Positions 52,998-64,000 of a DNA stretch of 64,000 nucleotides are shown here, one piece after another. Each line of letters begins with the position of its first letter. Within the stretch, counting starts at the first letter, position 1. Position numbers and translations under genes: made by a program. Location of the stretch: the NCBI GenBank assembly GCA_951406725.2, contig OX597818.1:50592001-50656000 (forward strand), given 5' to 3'. The notes under the pieces are model-generated. The model was not told the DNA's origin. It ran no database searches and saw only the letters and a list, made by a program, of their open reading frames with translations. Source of the stretch: Octopus vulgaris (Eukaryota).

Positions 52998-53327
52998 ATC
53001 CACACTCCTTCGGTCATGAATCATCATGGGATTGCGCCTATAAAGTTACCCTCCGAAGCACAAGTCAGGACAAGGTTGTTTATGGAAGACTAGAGTCGCC
53101 CATGCATACCAGCCTTCCCTCTCCAAGACACCGATGTTATCCAAGGGAAGGGCAAAGTTATAGCTTGAGACCAGTGACGTCACAACTCATTTCTACAACT
53201 GAATGAACTGTAGCAACGTGAAATAAAGTGTCATGTTCAAGAGTACAACACACAGCCCGGTCCGAGAATCGAACTCACTACCTCACGATTATGAACCCGA
53301 CTCTCTAACCATTGACCCATTCGCCTT
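52998..53327 (-). mobile_element. tRNA-headed SINE family D
   Basis: Reverse GGTTAGAG..GAGTTCGATTC head, then CORE-like segment and a distinct tail. Confidence 0.7.
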
Positions 53328-53339
53328 TACTAATATATA

Positions 53340-53626
53340 TTGTTGTTTGTTCCTTCTCGAGCCACACTTGGCTCATAAAAGCCAGTTTCCCGGTTTCCTT
53401 GGCGTATAGGTTTCCCACCTGGACGGGACGCCGGTCCGTCGCAGGTGAGCTGCAAGATGCAGGAGGAAAGAGTGAGAGAAAGTTGTGGCGAAAGAGTCAG
53501 CAGAAGTTCGCCATTACCTTCTGCCAGAGCCGCGTGGAGCTCAGGTGTTTCGATCATAAACACATACACCGCCCGGTCTGAAATTCGAACCCGCGATCCC
53601 TCGACCGCTAGGCCATGTGCCTCCAC
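53340..53626 (-). mobile_element. SINE family C with head deletion
   Basis: Reverse GGCCTAGCGGTCGAGGGATCGCGGGTTCG. Confidence 0.9.
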
Positions 53627-53652
53627 TACTAAAATATATATAAATATATATA

Positions 53653-53885
53653 TATTTCTTTACTACCCACAAGGGGCTAAACACAGAGGAGACAAACAAG
53701 GACAGACAAAGGGATTAAGTCGATTACATCGACCCCAGTTCGAAACTGGTACTTAATTTATCGACCCCGAAAGGATGAAAGGCAAAGTCGACATCGGCGG
53801 AATTTGAACTCGGAACGTAACGACAGACGAAACACGGCTACGCATTTCGCCCGGCGTGCTAACGTTTCTGCCAGCTCGCCGCCTT
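53653..53885 (-). mobile_element. SINE family B
   Basis: Reverse match. Confidence 0.92.
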
Positions 53886-53893
53886 ACATATAA

Positions 53894-53952
<59 letters not shown>

Positions 53953-54502
53953 TCTACATATATGTATGTGTGTATATGCATACATACACACACACAGAAC
54001 TGGTGAGCAAGCGAGAGTGAGTGAGAGAGAGAGAGAGAGAGAGAGCGATAGAGAGAATGAGAGAATGAGAGAGGGAGGTAGGGACGGACGGACGGACGGA
54101 CGGACGGACGGACAGACGGACAGACGGAAAGAGAGAAGCGGAAGAGAAAAATGGAGAGGAAAGTATTGTTAGTACTAATAAATATGATTGAAATGGCTCT
54201 GAGAAAATATCGAGGGAATTGTTCTGCATTTTGAATGGTAAGAATAACTTCATTTAACACTCACGAACTTTTTAAGATTTTAAACACCCGCTAGAGGCAA
54301 GGTTCGTATTCTATTTGCATAATAATTTTAGATAATTTAATTTTTTGAAAGCAATATATTACATCTGTGAATCTCTACCGTGTAAGATATTTAGTATTTA
54401 GAACACTCTCTGAAGTATTTTTCCGTTTTATTTTGTATATTCCAAATCATAGATAAATGGTTCGCATTCACTTTCGCTTGTAATGTATACATCGATACGC
54501 TC

Positions 54503-54891
54503 TTCCTCTTTTACTTGTTTCAGTCATTTGACTGAGGCCATGCTGGAGCACCGCCTTTAGTCGAGCACATCGACCCCCATGACGTATTCTTTGGAAGCCT
54601 AGTACTTATTCTATCGGTCTCGTTTGCCGAACCGCTAAGTTACGGGGACGTAAACACACCAGCATCGGTTGTCAAGCGATGTTGGAGGGACAAACACAGA
54701 CAAACAAACATATACACGCACATACATATATATACACATATATACGACGGGCTTCTTTCAATTTCCGTCTACCAAACCCACTCACAAGGCTTTGGTAGAA
54801 TACTCTTGCCCAAGGTACCATGCAGTGGGACTGAACCCGGAACCATGCAGTTTGTAAGCAAGCTACTTATCACACAGCCACTCCTACGCCT
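54503..54891 (-). mobile_element. SINE family A
   Basis: Reverse match. Confidence 0.9.
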
Positions 54892-54977
54892 ATGTGTGTG
54901 CATTTGTTCCATGTTTGTATTCCACTCTCGTTTGATATCCCTTGTTGGTTGTACCAGGCTTTAAAAAGAAAACTCAA

Positions 54978-55260
54978 TAAAGAAACACATTAGGGAGTAC
55001 CAAACCCAGAATTTAAAAGTTTCCATCAAGACAATCCAACGCAAAAGGGGTAATCTCAGAATTATGGAAGCCCTTCTTATAAACTGGGATCAGTTATGAA
55101 CCACAAGGAGGAACTACACGAAGCTAACTGGTTGCTATAGCAACACCAGTCAATGCATGTCACCTCCCTTCTTCCTCTCTTACCTCACACACACACTTAC
55201 ACCTGAGCAATGACCGTTTCCAAATACCGCTTTCCCCAAATGTCCTGAAGAAGTCTTCAC
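54978..55260 (+). pseudogene. Penelope GIY-YIG extreme C-terminus plus 3' UTR remnant
   Basis: KKHIREYQTQNLKVSIKTIQRKRGNLRIMEALLI...MNHKEELHEANWLL*, then CCTGAAGAAG at ~55244. Confidence 0.5.
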
Positions 55261-55386
55261 CCTGAATTACAAAAGTACAAGGTAAAAATGCAGCCTTGTT
55301 CTGTTTTCTTTTCATTTTGTAGTTTATGTTGTACCTTCTCGCATGTTCCTGGCCTTACACAAAAACCTTCTTTAAAATTATAATTT

Positions 55387-55690
55387 GCGGAGGCACATAG
55401 CCTAGTGGTTAGAGCAGCGGACTCGCGGTCGAGGGATCGCGAGTTCGAATATCAGACCGGGCGATGTGTGTGTCTATGAGCGAAACACCTAAGCTCCACG
55501 CGGCTCCGGCAGAAGGTAATGGGGAACTTCTGCTGACTCTTTCGTCACACCTTTCTCTCACTTTTTCCTCCTGTATCTTCCAGCTCACCAACGACGGACC
55601 GGCGTCCCGTCCACGTGGGGAATCTATACGCCAAGGAAACAGGGAAACCGGCCCTATTAGCCAGGGATGGCTCGGGAAGGAAGAAACAAA
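55387..55690 (+). mobile_element. SINE family C
   Basis: Head-to-tail match. Confidence 0.9.
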
Positions 55691-55857
55691 ATTATAACTT
55701 ACAATGCTTCACCAAAACTATCGCATTTCTAAAACAAAAAAGTATTGGATTCGATTTTTCGATGCAACCCTCCAAGTAAAAGATAAAAATAAAACAATAC
55801 GTTCCAGATATTTCTATGTAAAATAGCCATCTCTATTTCTTACCAACTGAGCAAATA

Positions 55858-56415
55858 TTGGGTTGTCCAGAAAGTTCGTGCCGATTTTCAAAGGAAAGAA
55901 AAAGGTCAATAAATACTTGCTACTACATTTTTAATCAACCAAATATGAACCATTTTATTGCACAATGTGTCTCCATCTTTCCTTTAAATTGAAAATACCC
56001 TCTTCCCAGAATCGAAGAGGTTTCATGGCAAAGAATTCATCAAGGTATCTTTTTACGTCATCCAAGGAATTAAAATTTTTACCATTAAGACTATTCTGCA
56101 GAAACTTGAATAAGTGGAAATCCGAAGGAGCAATATCTGGTGAATATGGAGGGTAGGGTAACACATCCCAGCCGAGCTGCAGCAATTTTTGCCTGGTTCC
56201 CAAAGCATCAAGTACGGCAAATGAACTTTCTTATTTTCCATTTTAAAGGGTTCCAGAATAAACACAGGTAATAGGAACATAAACCTTCTTCCACGAAAAG
56301 ATAGCTTAAACTGTGCTCTAAATGGAGGTGTAGTCAAATCCTATTTTATGAACTCAACCATAAGTCGAAATGTAAGCTACTATATAAATCGGTACGAACT
56401 TTCCGGACAACCCAA
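55858..56415 (-). mobile_element. Internally deleted mariner element, second copy
   Basis: TA|TTGGGTTGTCC...GGACAACCCAA|TA; MENKKVH N-terminus joined to the PPYSPDIAPSD C-terminus. Confidence 0.95.
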
Positions 56416-57116
56416 TAGTTCTTCGCTGAGGAGAAACATTTTAAAGACAGTAGCTGCCACCACCACTTCGTGACTGGACCATTATGTCTTTTAAGAATCT
56501 AGAGAAATTTATATTACTGAGGTTATCTCTCTTTGTTTTGGGGTTTCAATTACCTTGTAGAGGATTTGTCTTTTATTGCAAGGAAATATCAGTGAATAGA
56601 ATTTAATTCTATTTCACTATATTGTGTATATGCATACAGACTTACATACACTCAGAAACACATTCACATATATATACAAATACGTATGTGAGTATATGAC
56701 ACTGTGTGTGTGTGTGTGTGTGCGTGGGAGTGTGCGTGGGGTGTGTGTGTGCGTGGGTGTGTGTGTGCGTGGGTGTGTGCGTAGGTGTGTGCGGTAAGCG
56801 TTTGTGTGCACAGATACATATGACAACGTGAATATATGACATCATATATTCTTATTATATTAAATGCTGTATGTAGAACTTTTCTTCCAAGCGGTTTTGC
56901 TTCCTTCTACTGATGTCTCGAAATGATTATAATTGATTGTTTATTTTCAGCGATCATTTTAGTAAATTACACTTAAAATGAATTAATTCGGGGCTCATGT
57001 GTAACGTATTTCATACTGTATGTATATACACACACACACACACACGCACACACACAGAGTCATATTCGCACATACGCATTTGTATATGCGTATGAATTAT
57101 ATATATATATATATAT

Positions 57117-57276
57117 AGGAGCAGGAGTGGCTGTGTGGTAAGTAGCTAGCTTACTAACCACATGGTTCAGTCCCACTGCGTGGCACCTTGGGTCAATGTC
57201 TTCTTCTATAATAGCCTTGGGCGACCGAAGCCTTGCGAGTAGATTTGGTAGACGGAAACTGAAAGAAGCCCATCGT

Positions 57277-57314
<38 letters not shown>

Positions 57315-57893
57315 CAAAATTAGAGAATGGAGAAACATACTTAAATCAGTAAAACATCAACTATCCGATGATACTCAATCCATACTTTAATACACCATTA
57401 CATATGAGTAAAGGCAATATATAAAATGAAATGAGATATACAGTAATAGTAAAAGTAAAAAGATAAAGAGATATAAGTAAAAAATTTCAAATATAATATG
57501 CAAATAAATCAAAACTGACAGCTGTTTCGGCAGTGAGGACAGTCATACCTCATTTAACCTATAAGCCATAAAGGCAGGTATAAATGAGGCATTAACAAGG
57601 ATGCCCCACGGCCTCTTCAGAGAATTAAATTAAATTTGTTATAATAGTGAAAAATATTATATAATCATATACATATAAATATAAAAATATAAAAATGTAA
57701 AATATAAAAACTTATACATCATAATGCTACACTTATATAATATAATACACATTTGTACAAAAAGGAAGGTAAACAGAACAAAATAAAACAAAATATATAA
57801 CAGTATAGTTATTTCGATCTTGAAAGGATGGACTTGGTGCTAACTTAACTGTATCTATTTTAGTATTTATTTTTAGTATTTTTATTATTATTA

Positions 57894-57940
<47 letters not shown>

Positions 57941-58786
57941 AGTAATTTTTATTAACTTTTATAGCTTTAGAATTTTATGAACTGTACCACGGATTTAATT
58001 ATTATTTTTCATCTCCATATGTGTTAGCCCTTTTTTTTTTTTTTTTTTTTTTTTATTAAAAAAAACTATTAGCCAAATATGTATAATATCGGTACTTATT
58101 AATATTAATATATACACTGTTATATATTTTGTTTTATTTTGTTCTGTTTACCTTCCTTTTTGTACAAATGTGTATTATATTATATAAGTGTAGCATTATG
58201 ATGTATAAGTTTTTATATTTTACATTTTTATATTTTTATATTTATATGTATATGATTATATAATATTTTTCACTATTATAACAAATTTAATTTAATTCTC
58301 TGAAGAGGCCGTGGGGCATCCTTGTTAATGCCTCATTTATACCTGCCTTTATGGCTTATAGGTTAAATGAGGTATGACTGTCCTCACTGCCGAAACAGCT
58401 GTCAGTTTTGATTTATTTGCATATTATATTTGAAATTTTTTACTTATATCTCTTTATCTTTTTACTTTTACTATTACTGTATATCTCATTTCATTTTATA
58501 TATTGCCTTTACTCATATGTAATGGTGTATTAAAGTATGGATTGAGTATCATCGGATAGTTGATGTTTTACTGATTTAAGTATGTTTCTCCATTCTCTAA
58601 TTTTGTAGTATTAATTTACGGTAATATTATTACCTTTACCCATTTAATACAATAGATGAACTGATTGCTTGACAATTTTTAACATCTATGTATTAATTTT
58701 ATTGGGTACCTATCTAGCAGTATATTGGATATATATTATCCCATGGTGGGTTGAATTTTCAACCCCTATCTCATTTTATAACCTAA

Positions 58787-58879
<93 letters not shown>

Positions 58880-59086
58880 TGTGTATGTGTTTGTCCCCTA
58901 AACATCGCTTGACAACCGATGCTGGTGTGTTTACGTCCCCGTAACTTAGCGGTTCGGCAAAAGAGGCCGACAGAGTAAGTACTAGGTTTACAAAGAATAA
59001 GACCTTATGTCGATTTGCTCGACTAAAGGCGATGCTCCAGCATGGCCTCATTCAAATGACTGAAACAAGTAAAAGTGTAAAAGAGT

Positions 59087-59087
<1 letters not shown>
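57117..59087 (+). mobile_element. SINE family A split by a 1.47-kb fold-back insert
   Basis: Head 57117-57277, tail ~58880-59087. Confidence 0.85.
57313..58787. mobile_element. Large fold-back Penelope-type insert with hammerhead
   Basis: ~490-bp arms 57314-57804 / 58116-58606; CT-CTGAAGA-GGC...GCC-GAAAC-AGCT-GTC-AG at 58298-58405. Confidence 0.87.
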
Positions 59088-59156
<69 letters not shown>

Positions 59157-59714
59157 AAGAGAGTGAGCAAGAGATACATATATACATACATACATATATA
59201 CACACACACTCACTCACATATATTAACGCAGGAGATTGCAAAAGAAATTTGGCATTATTAATTCACTATTACACATATTTCTTTTGTTAATAGGGGTTAC
59301 AAAAATTGCACATGTAGGAGAAAAATGTAAGACACCTCCTGTTAGAAATTCTTCGGACAGAGAATTAAATTATACTATTATACAACTGGCAAACGAAACA
59401 TGAATAAAGGTGAATAAATGATACCAAAAATTTCTCTTTTCCGATCTCTTGTTTGATATGTGATTTCTCCGCAAAAAATATTTTCCAGAATACTCCACCC
59501 TTATGCCTGCCTCACACACATAAAACACCAACATAGGATTTTGGAGCAATGGAATAAGCAGAAGTGCTTCAAGAGCACAGAGCTAGGATTTCAGCCCAAT
59601 CGACGTAATGTGGATACGTGTATGCGTGCGTATGTATTTGAATGTGAATGTGTATGTATGTGCATGCGCGCACGAGAGTGTATATAAGTGTGTGTATGTA
59701 TACAGATATATATA

Positions 59715-60037
59715 TATAACCAAGAAAAAAGCAACAAGAATGGATTAGTAGTTTAGTACAATTGTTTCATACCAAGAACAATTTTATTTAAAGGTGAAAG
59801 TATTGCAGCAAATACAAATAACATTTGTATTTGCTGCAATACTTGCAGCTTTAAATAAAATTGTTCTTGGTATGAAACAATTGTACTAAACTACTAATCC
59901 ATTCTTGTTGCTTTTTTCTTGGTTATAATCACCCACATTATTTTATGGTTAATACCATAAACAATTCTGGTGCATCTAAGTTAAGTACCGCATTCATGTG
60001 AATTCATTTGAATTCACTTGAATCTTAATTGTTTTTG

Positions 60038-60040
<3 letters not shown>
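59715..60040. mobile_element. Fold-back insert; 105-bp hairpin arms with 3-nt loop
   Basis: 59715-59819 / 59823-59927; only the GAAAC-AATT-GTA half of a hammerhead; (TA)n flanks. Confidence 0.8.
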
Positions 60041-60134
<94 letters not shown>

Positions 60135-60152
60135 ATATATATATATATATAT

Positions 60153-61117
60153 ATTATGTGAAATAGAAAGATGTATAATCTTGTAGTAGATTAATCAAAA
60201 GTTTAACCGATACCTTAGTAGCAAAAATCACAGCAGTAAACAGCACGGTTGGAGGTACAACCATATGGTGTTGCAACCGTGCGTTGGTGCGGATAATTGA
60301 AATTAAAACATTATTGGTGAATTGAAGAAATGGAGCTGAACGCAGATTGAACAGAAATCGTTTTATTTCATTCTACACGTGTTTCGAAAGGCACAAATTA
60401 CCAAAATCCGATTGAATAATGGGACCATATTGTGTCTTTCTCTTCAGGAAGAAAATAGGAAATCCGTTGGAAAAACAAAAACAGAACAGAGGCGGAGCAA
60501 AAACAAATCGAACTATGCTCCTAAGAGCTCATGGCGAAACTGTTTATCAGTGTATGTTGAGAACCGGTGGCTGAAGAATTTAACGGGTCAGGCATCGGTC
60601 AATCATGTGGGTGAGGGTGTGTGGGTGTTCTTTGTGACCGAGAATAAAGTTCTGACTATTTAAGGAATATTGGATGTTTTATAAGGGGCGAGAAAAAATC
60701 TACTTAGAGACGTGTGTGTGTGTATACTGTTCTATATATGTGTGTGTTGGCGTAGGGGTAGAAAACATTTTTTGTGTACGTGTGTGCGTTTGATCGTTCG
60801 GCTGTCAGTGGCTACTGCCGCGAGAACCGTTGGGTGGCAGAAAAAAAAATATATATATATTATGTTTTATGTGTGTGTGTGTTCATCTAAGCCTGCCTTG
60901 TCAAGGAAACCCCCCGCTGTGAAAAAACGAAGCCCCGTTTGTCTTACAGGAGTAATTCCCCTTGCAGTGGTTAATCGTAGATATCTGAAGAGAAAGACAC
61001 AATATGGTCCCATTATTCAATCGGATTTTGGTAATTTGTGCCTTTCGAAACACGTGTAGAATGAAATAAAACGATTTCTGTTCAATCTGCGTTCAGCTCC
61101 ATTTCTTCAATTCACCA

Positions 61118-61119
<2 letters not shown>
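60153..61119. mobile_element. Fold-back Penelope-type insert with intact hammerheads
   Basis: Arms 60313-60447 / 60985-61119; CTGAAGA-GAAAG.CACAA...TTGTG.CTTTC-GAAAC-ACGT-GTA-GAA, then AATAAA. Confidence 0.85.
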
Positions 61120-61152
<33 letters not shown>

Positions 61153-61156
<4 letters not shown>

Positions 61157-61349
61157 AGAGTATTGTAGTTCGCTTGAAGCACTGTATACTGTTTGTAAAG
61201 AATATAATATTTTGAAGTTTTGAATGGTACAACAATGCACTATAATACAGGCAATGGACTAAATACCTGTTGTAATTTAGTCATCCATAGTCTGATGATA
61301 TTTCGGAATAATATTCCTTCTTCAGATATTCTTAGAATATCTGAAGAAG

Positions 61350-61355
<6 letters not shown>
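61153..61355 (-). mobile_element. Short fold-back insert, family of 2682-3046
   Basis: Terminal hairpin ATATTCCTTCTTCAGATATTC / GAATATCTGAAGAAGGAATAT; minus-strand CTGAAGA-A-GGAAT(att)ATTCC-GAAA-TATCATC. Confidence 0.7.
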
Positions 61356-61400
<45 letters not shown>

Positions 61401-61702
61401 CACACACACACGCATACACATACACAATTTTTTTTAAAGAGATACAAATAGTAGCTGTAGAAATACAATAATTTGGCAGATTTATATATGTCATGTATCC
61501 CCAAGCAATCTTTCGGAGTAAGTGCATACTATTTGAGGTATTTGAAAATCAAGACAATGGTATTTCAGAAAACATCAGAAAAAATAAAAATCTGGAAGAA
61601 AAGCGCGATCAATTTTGATGCAAAAAGTGGAACGGAAAGAAAAATAAAATGAAAAAAAAACCATGATCTTCTATAACTTTGCTTGTAGAAATCATATTTA
61701 TT

Positions 61703-61739
<37 letters not shown>

Positions 61740-62077
61740 ACACACAGAGTAAGAGATATATACACATACACATATGTGCATGTAAGCGGAGGTGCTTATA
61801 GGGTGTCGCAAAACGCCTGGTTAGATGCCCAATCTTCCGAATTCTTTTACAAGGCTTAGAGAAACTAAAGGACCGCTGCATTAAGTATGTCATTCTGAGA
61901 GGAGAATATATTAAATAAAGTCATAATTAAATAATCTTCCTGTATTTTCTCTCACACAAAGTCAGGAACTTTTCAGCACCCACCTTGTATATCTACATAA
62001 TCTGTAACTGAATTTCAAACTATAATCATTATACACAAAATATAATGCAGAGAACGGTTTGTATTATCTTCTTTTTC

Positions 62078-62345
62078 TTTTTACTTGTTTGAGTCATTTT
62101 GACTGCAGCCATGCTGGAGCACCACCTTTTTAGTCGAGCAAATCGACCCCGGGACTCATTCTTTGTAAGCCTAGTACTTATTCTAGCGGTCTCTTTTGCC
62201 GAACCGCTAAGTTACGGGGACGTAAACACACCAGCATCGGTTGTCAAGCGATGTTAGGGGGAACACAGACACACATACACACACACCTACATACATACAT
62301 ATACACACACACATACATACATACATACATACATATATACATACA

Positions 62346-62404
<59 letters not shown>

Positions 62405-62776
62405 ATGTGTGTGTGTATATATATATATATGTATAAAAATACAAACTGGGACAAGAACGCAAAACATTTAGGAGACGATACAAAAAACACGGACGGGACA
62501 TTCGAAGCCTTCAATCTTCAGTCAAGAACCGGATCATCCTCGCAATTTCGGCCGATTATATATATATATATATATATATATTTATTTTATAGAAGGAGCT
62601 TCTACAGGACTAGAACTGTTTCATTCAAATGAAATCATCAGGAAGCTTCCTGATGATTTCATTTGAATGAAACAGTTCTAGTCCTGTAGAAGCTCCTTCT
62701 ATAAAATAAATTAATTTACTCTGCCATGTATTGAGTACCTTATTTACTGTGGTTAACCCCGACTCAACCCGGGACC

Positions 62777-62837
<61 letters not shown>

Positions 62838-62998
62838 GACGGGCTTTTAGTTTCATTCTACCAAATCCACTGACAAGGCTTTCGTCGGTCCGAGGCTATA
62901 GTAGAAGACACCTGGCCAAAGTGCCACGCAGTGGGACTGAACTCGAAACCATGTGGTTCGTAAGCAAGCTACTTACCGCACAGTCACTCCTGCGCCTA
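62078..62998 (-). mobile_element. SINE family A split by two inserts in its microsatellite
   Basis: Tail 62078-62270, head 62836-62998; inserts 62435-62558 and 62580-62780. Confidence 0.85.
62644..62694 (+). ncRNA. Hammerhead ribozyme motif within a perfect ~130-bp palindrome (62580-62711)
   Basis: AGCTTC-CTGATGA-tTTCA(tt)TGAAt-GAAAC-AG(ttctagtc)CT-GTA-GAAGCT; all three stems can form. Confidence 0.8.
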
Positions 62999-63075
62999 TG
63001 TTAAATGCTCTGAGTGTCTCCGAATAAGTCAAATATCAACAACATAATTCAAATGACCAAGTAGATCTGTAGAAT

Positions 63076-63466
63076 GGCGGAGTCGCAATGGCCCAGTGGA
63101 TTGGGCAGCGGACTGGCGGTCGTAGGATCGCGGTTTCGATTCCCAGACCGGGCGTTGTGAGTGTTTATTGAGCGAAAACACCTAAAGCTCCACGAGGCTC
63201 CGGCAGGGGATGGTGGTGATCCCTGCTGTACTCTTTCACCACAACTTTCTCTCACTCTTACTTCCTGTTTCTGTTGTACCTGTATTTCAAGAGGCCGGCC
63301 TTGTCACTCTCTGTGTCACGCTGAATATCCCCGAGAACAACGTTAAGGGCACACGTGTCTGTGGAGTGCTCAGCCACTTACACGTTAATTTCACGAGCAG
63401 GCTGTTCCGTTGATTCGGATCAACCGGAACCCTCGTCGTCGTAACCGACGGAGTGCTTCCAATCCA
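63076..63466 (+). mobile_element. SINE family C-type head with a third tail type
   Basis: 13-bp TSD AGATCTGTAGAAT at 63063-63075 / 63467-63479. Confidence 0.88.
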
Positions 63467-64000
63467 AGATCTGTAGAATAGTCATCGACCAAAGTGACGG
63501 AGAATACATTTTATCATAGACTGCAAATGTTAGTAGTATAGCTTCTCATCATGACCTAAAATGAAGTGTAATTTCATTGTTTCTTTAAAGAAAGAAAATT
63601 ACCATAAATACATTTAATAGTCCCATCTCATTTCCTCTGCCATCTTACGTACTATAACTATTAGTACGAACATTGACTTATATCGAGTGGAGACTTCATT
63701 TTATAGAATGGAGATTGGCTTTTCATTTGATTTATTATCTTAGAGAGTCATTAATTTTAACAGACACATGCTCTTGCACGCGCGCGCATGTACACACACA
63801 CACACACACATACGCACGCACACATACAAATGACATACGTAAATGGTGCACAGATAAACTAGAATTCAAATTTTATAAATGTATATGAATATATACATAC
63901 ATACATATGTATATATACTACGTTCACCTCCACTTTTAACGTATTGTCAAGCACACACACATACATATGTACTTTATATATATATATATGTATATACTAG

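Noticed and set aside
63996-64000. ACTAG at the window end as another Helitron 3' terminus
   Set aside because: Only 5 nt visible; cannot be evaluated.

Overview
AT-rich, repeat-saturated animal DNA with no intact long CDS. The repeat families suggest a cephalopod, probably Octopus; this is inferred from the SINE families, not verified. Nearly all ORFs in the supplied track are artefacts of (TA)n/(CA)n/(TATG)n/(AAT)n microsatellites or SINE sequence. Supportable content: about 45 tRNA-headed SINE copies from at least four families, two internally deleted mariner copies, a pogo/Tigger-type transposase remnant, two non-autonomous Helitrons, R4/Dong-like and CR1-group LINE remnants, a short solo LTR, two Penelope GIY-YIG remnants, and two candidate small exons. 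The most striking signal is a dense population (about 20 motifs, many distinct families) of minimal type I hammerhead ribozyme (HHR) motifs of the form CTGANGA-stem II-GAAAC-palindrome-GTH. Most sit in fold-back (inverted-duplicated) inserts at (TA)n tracts. They include a 3x ~550-bp tandem plus inverted retrozyme-like array (25793-27826) and a tRNA-headed SINE with a hammerhead-like tail (36893-37241). Coordinates were read by eye and may be off by a few bases; family labels A-D are mine.
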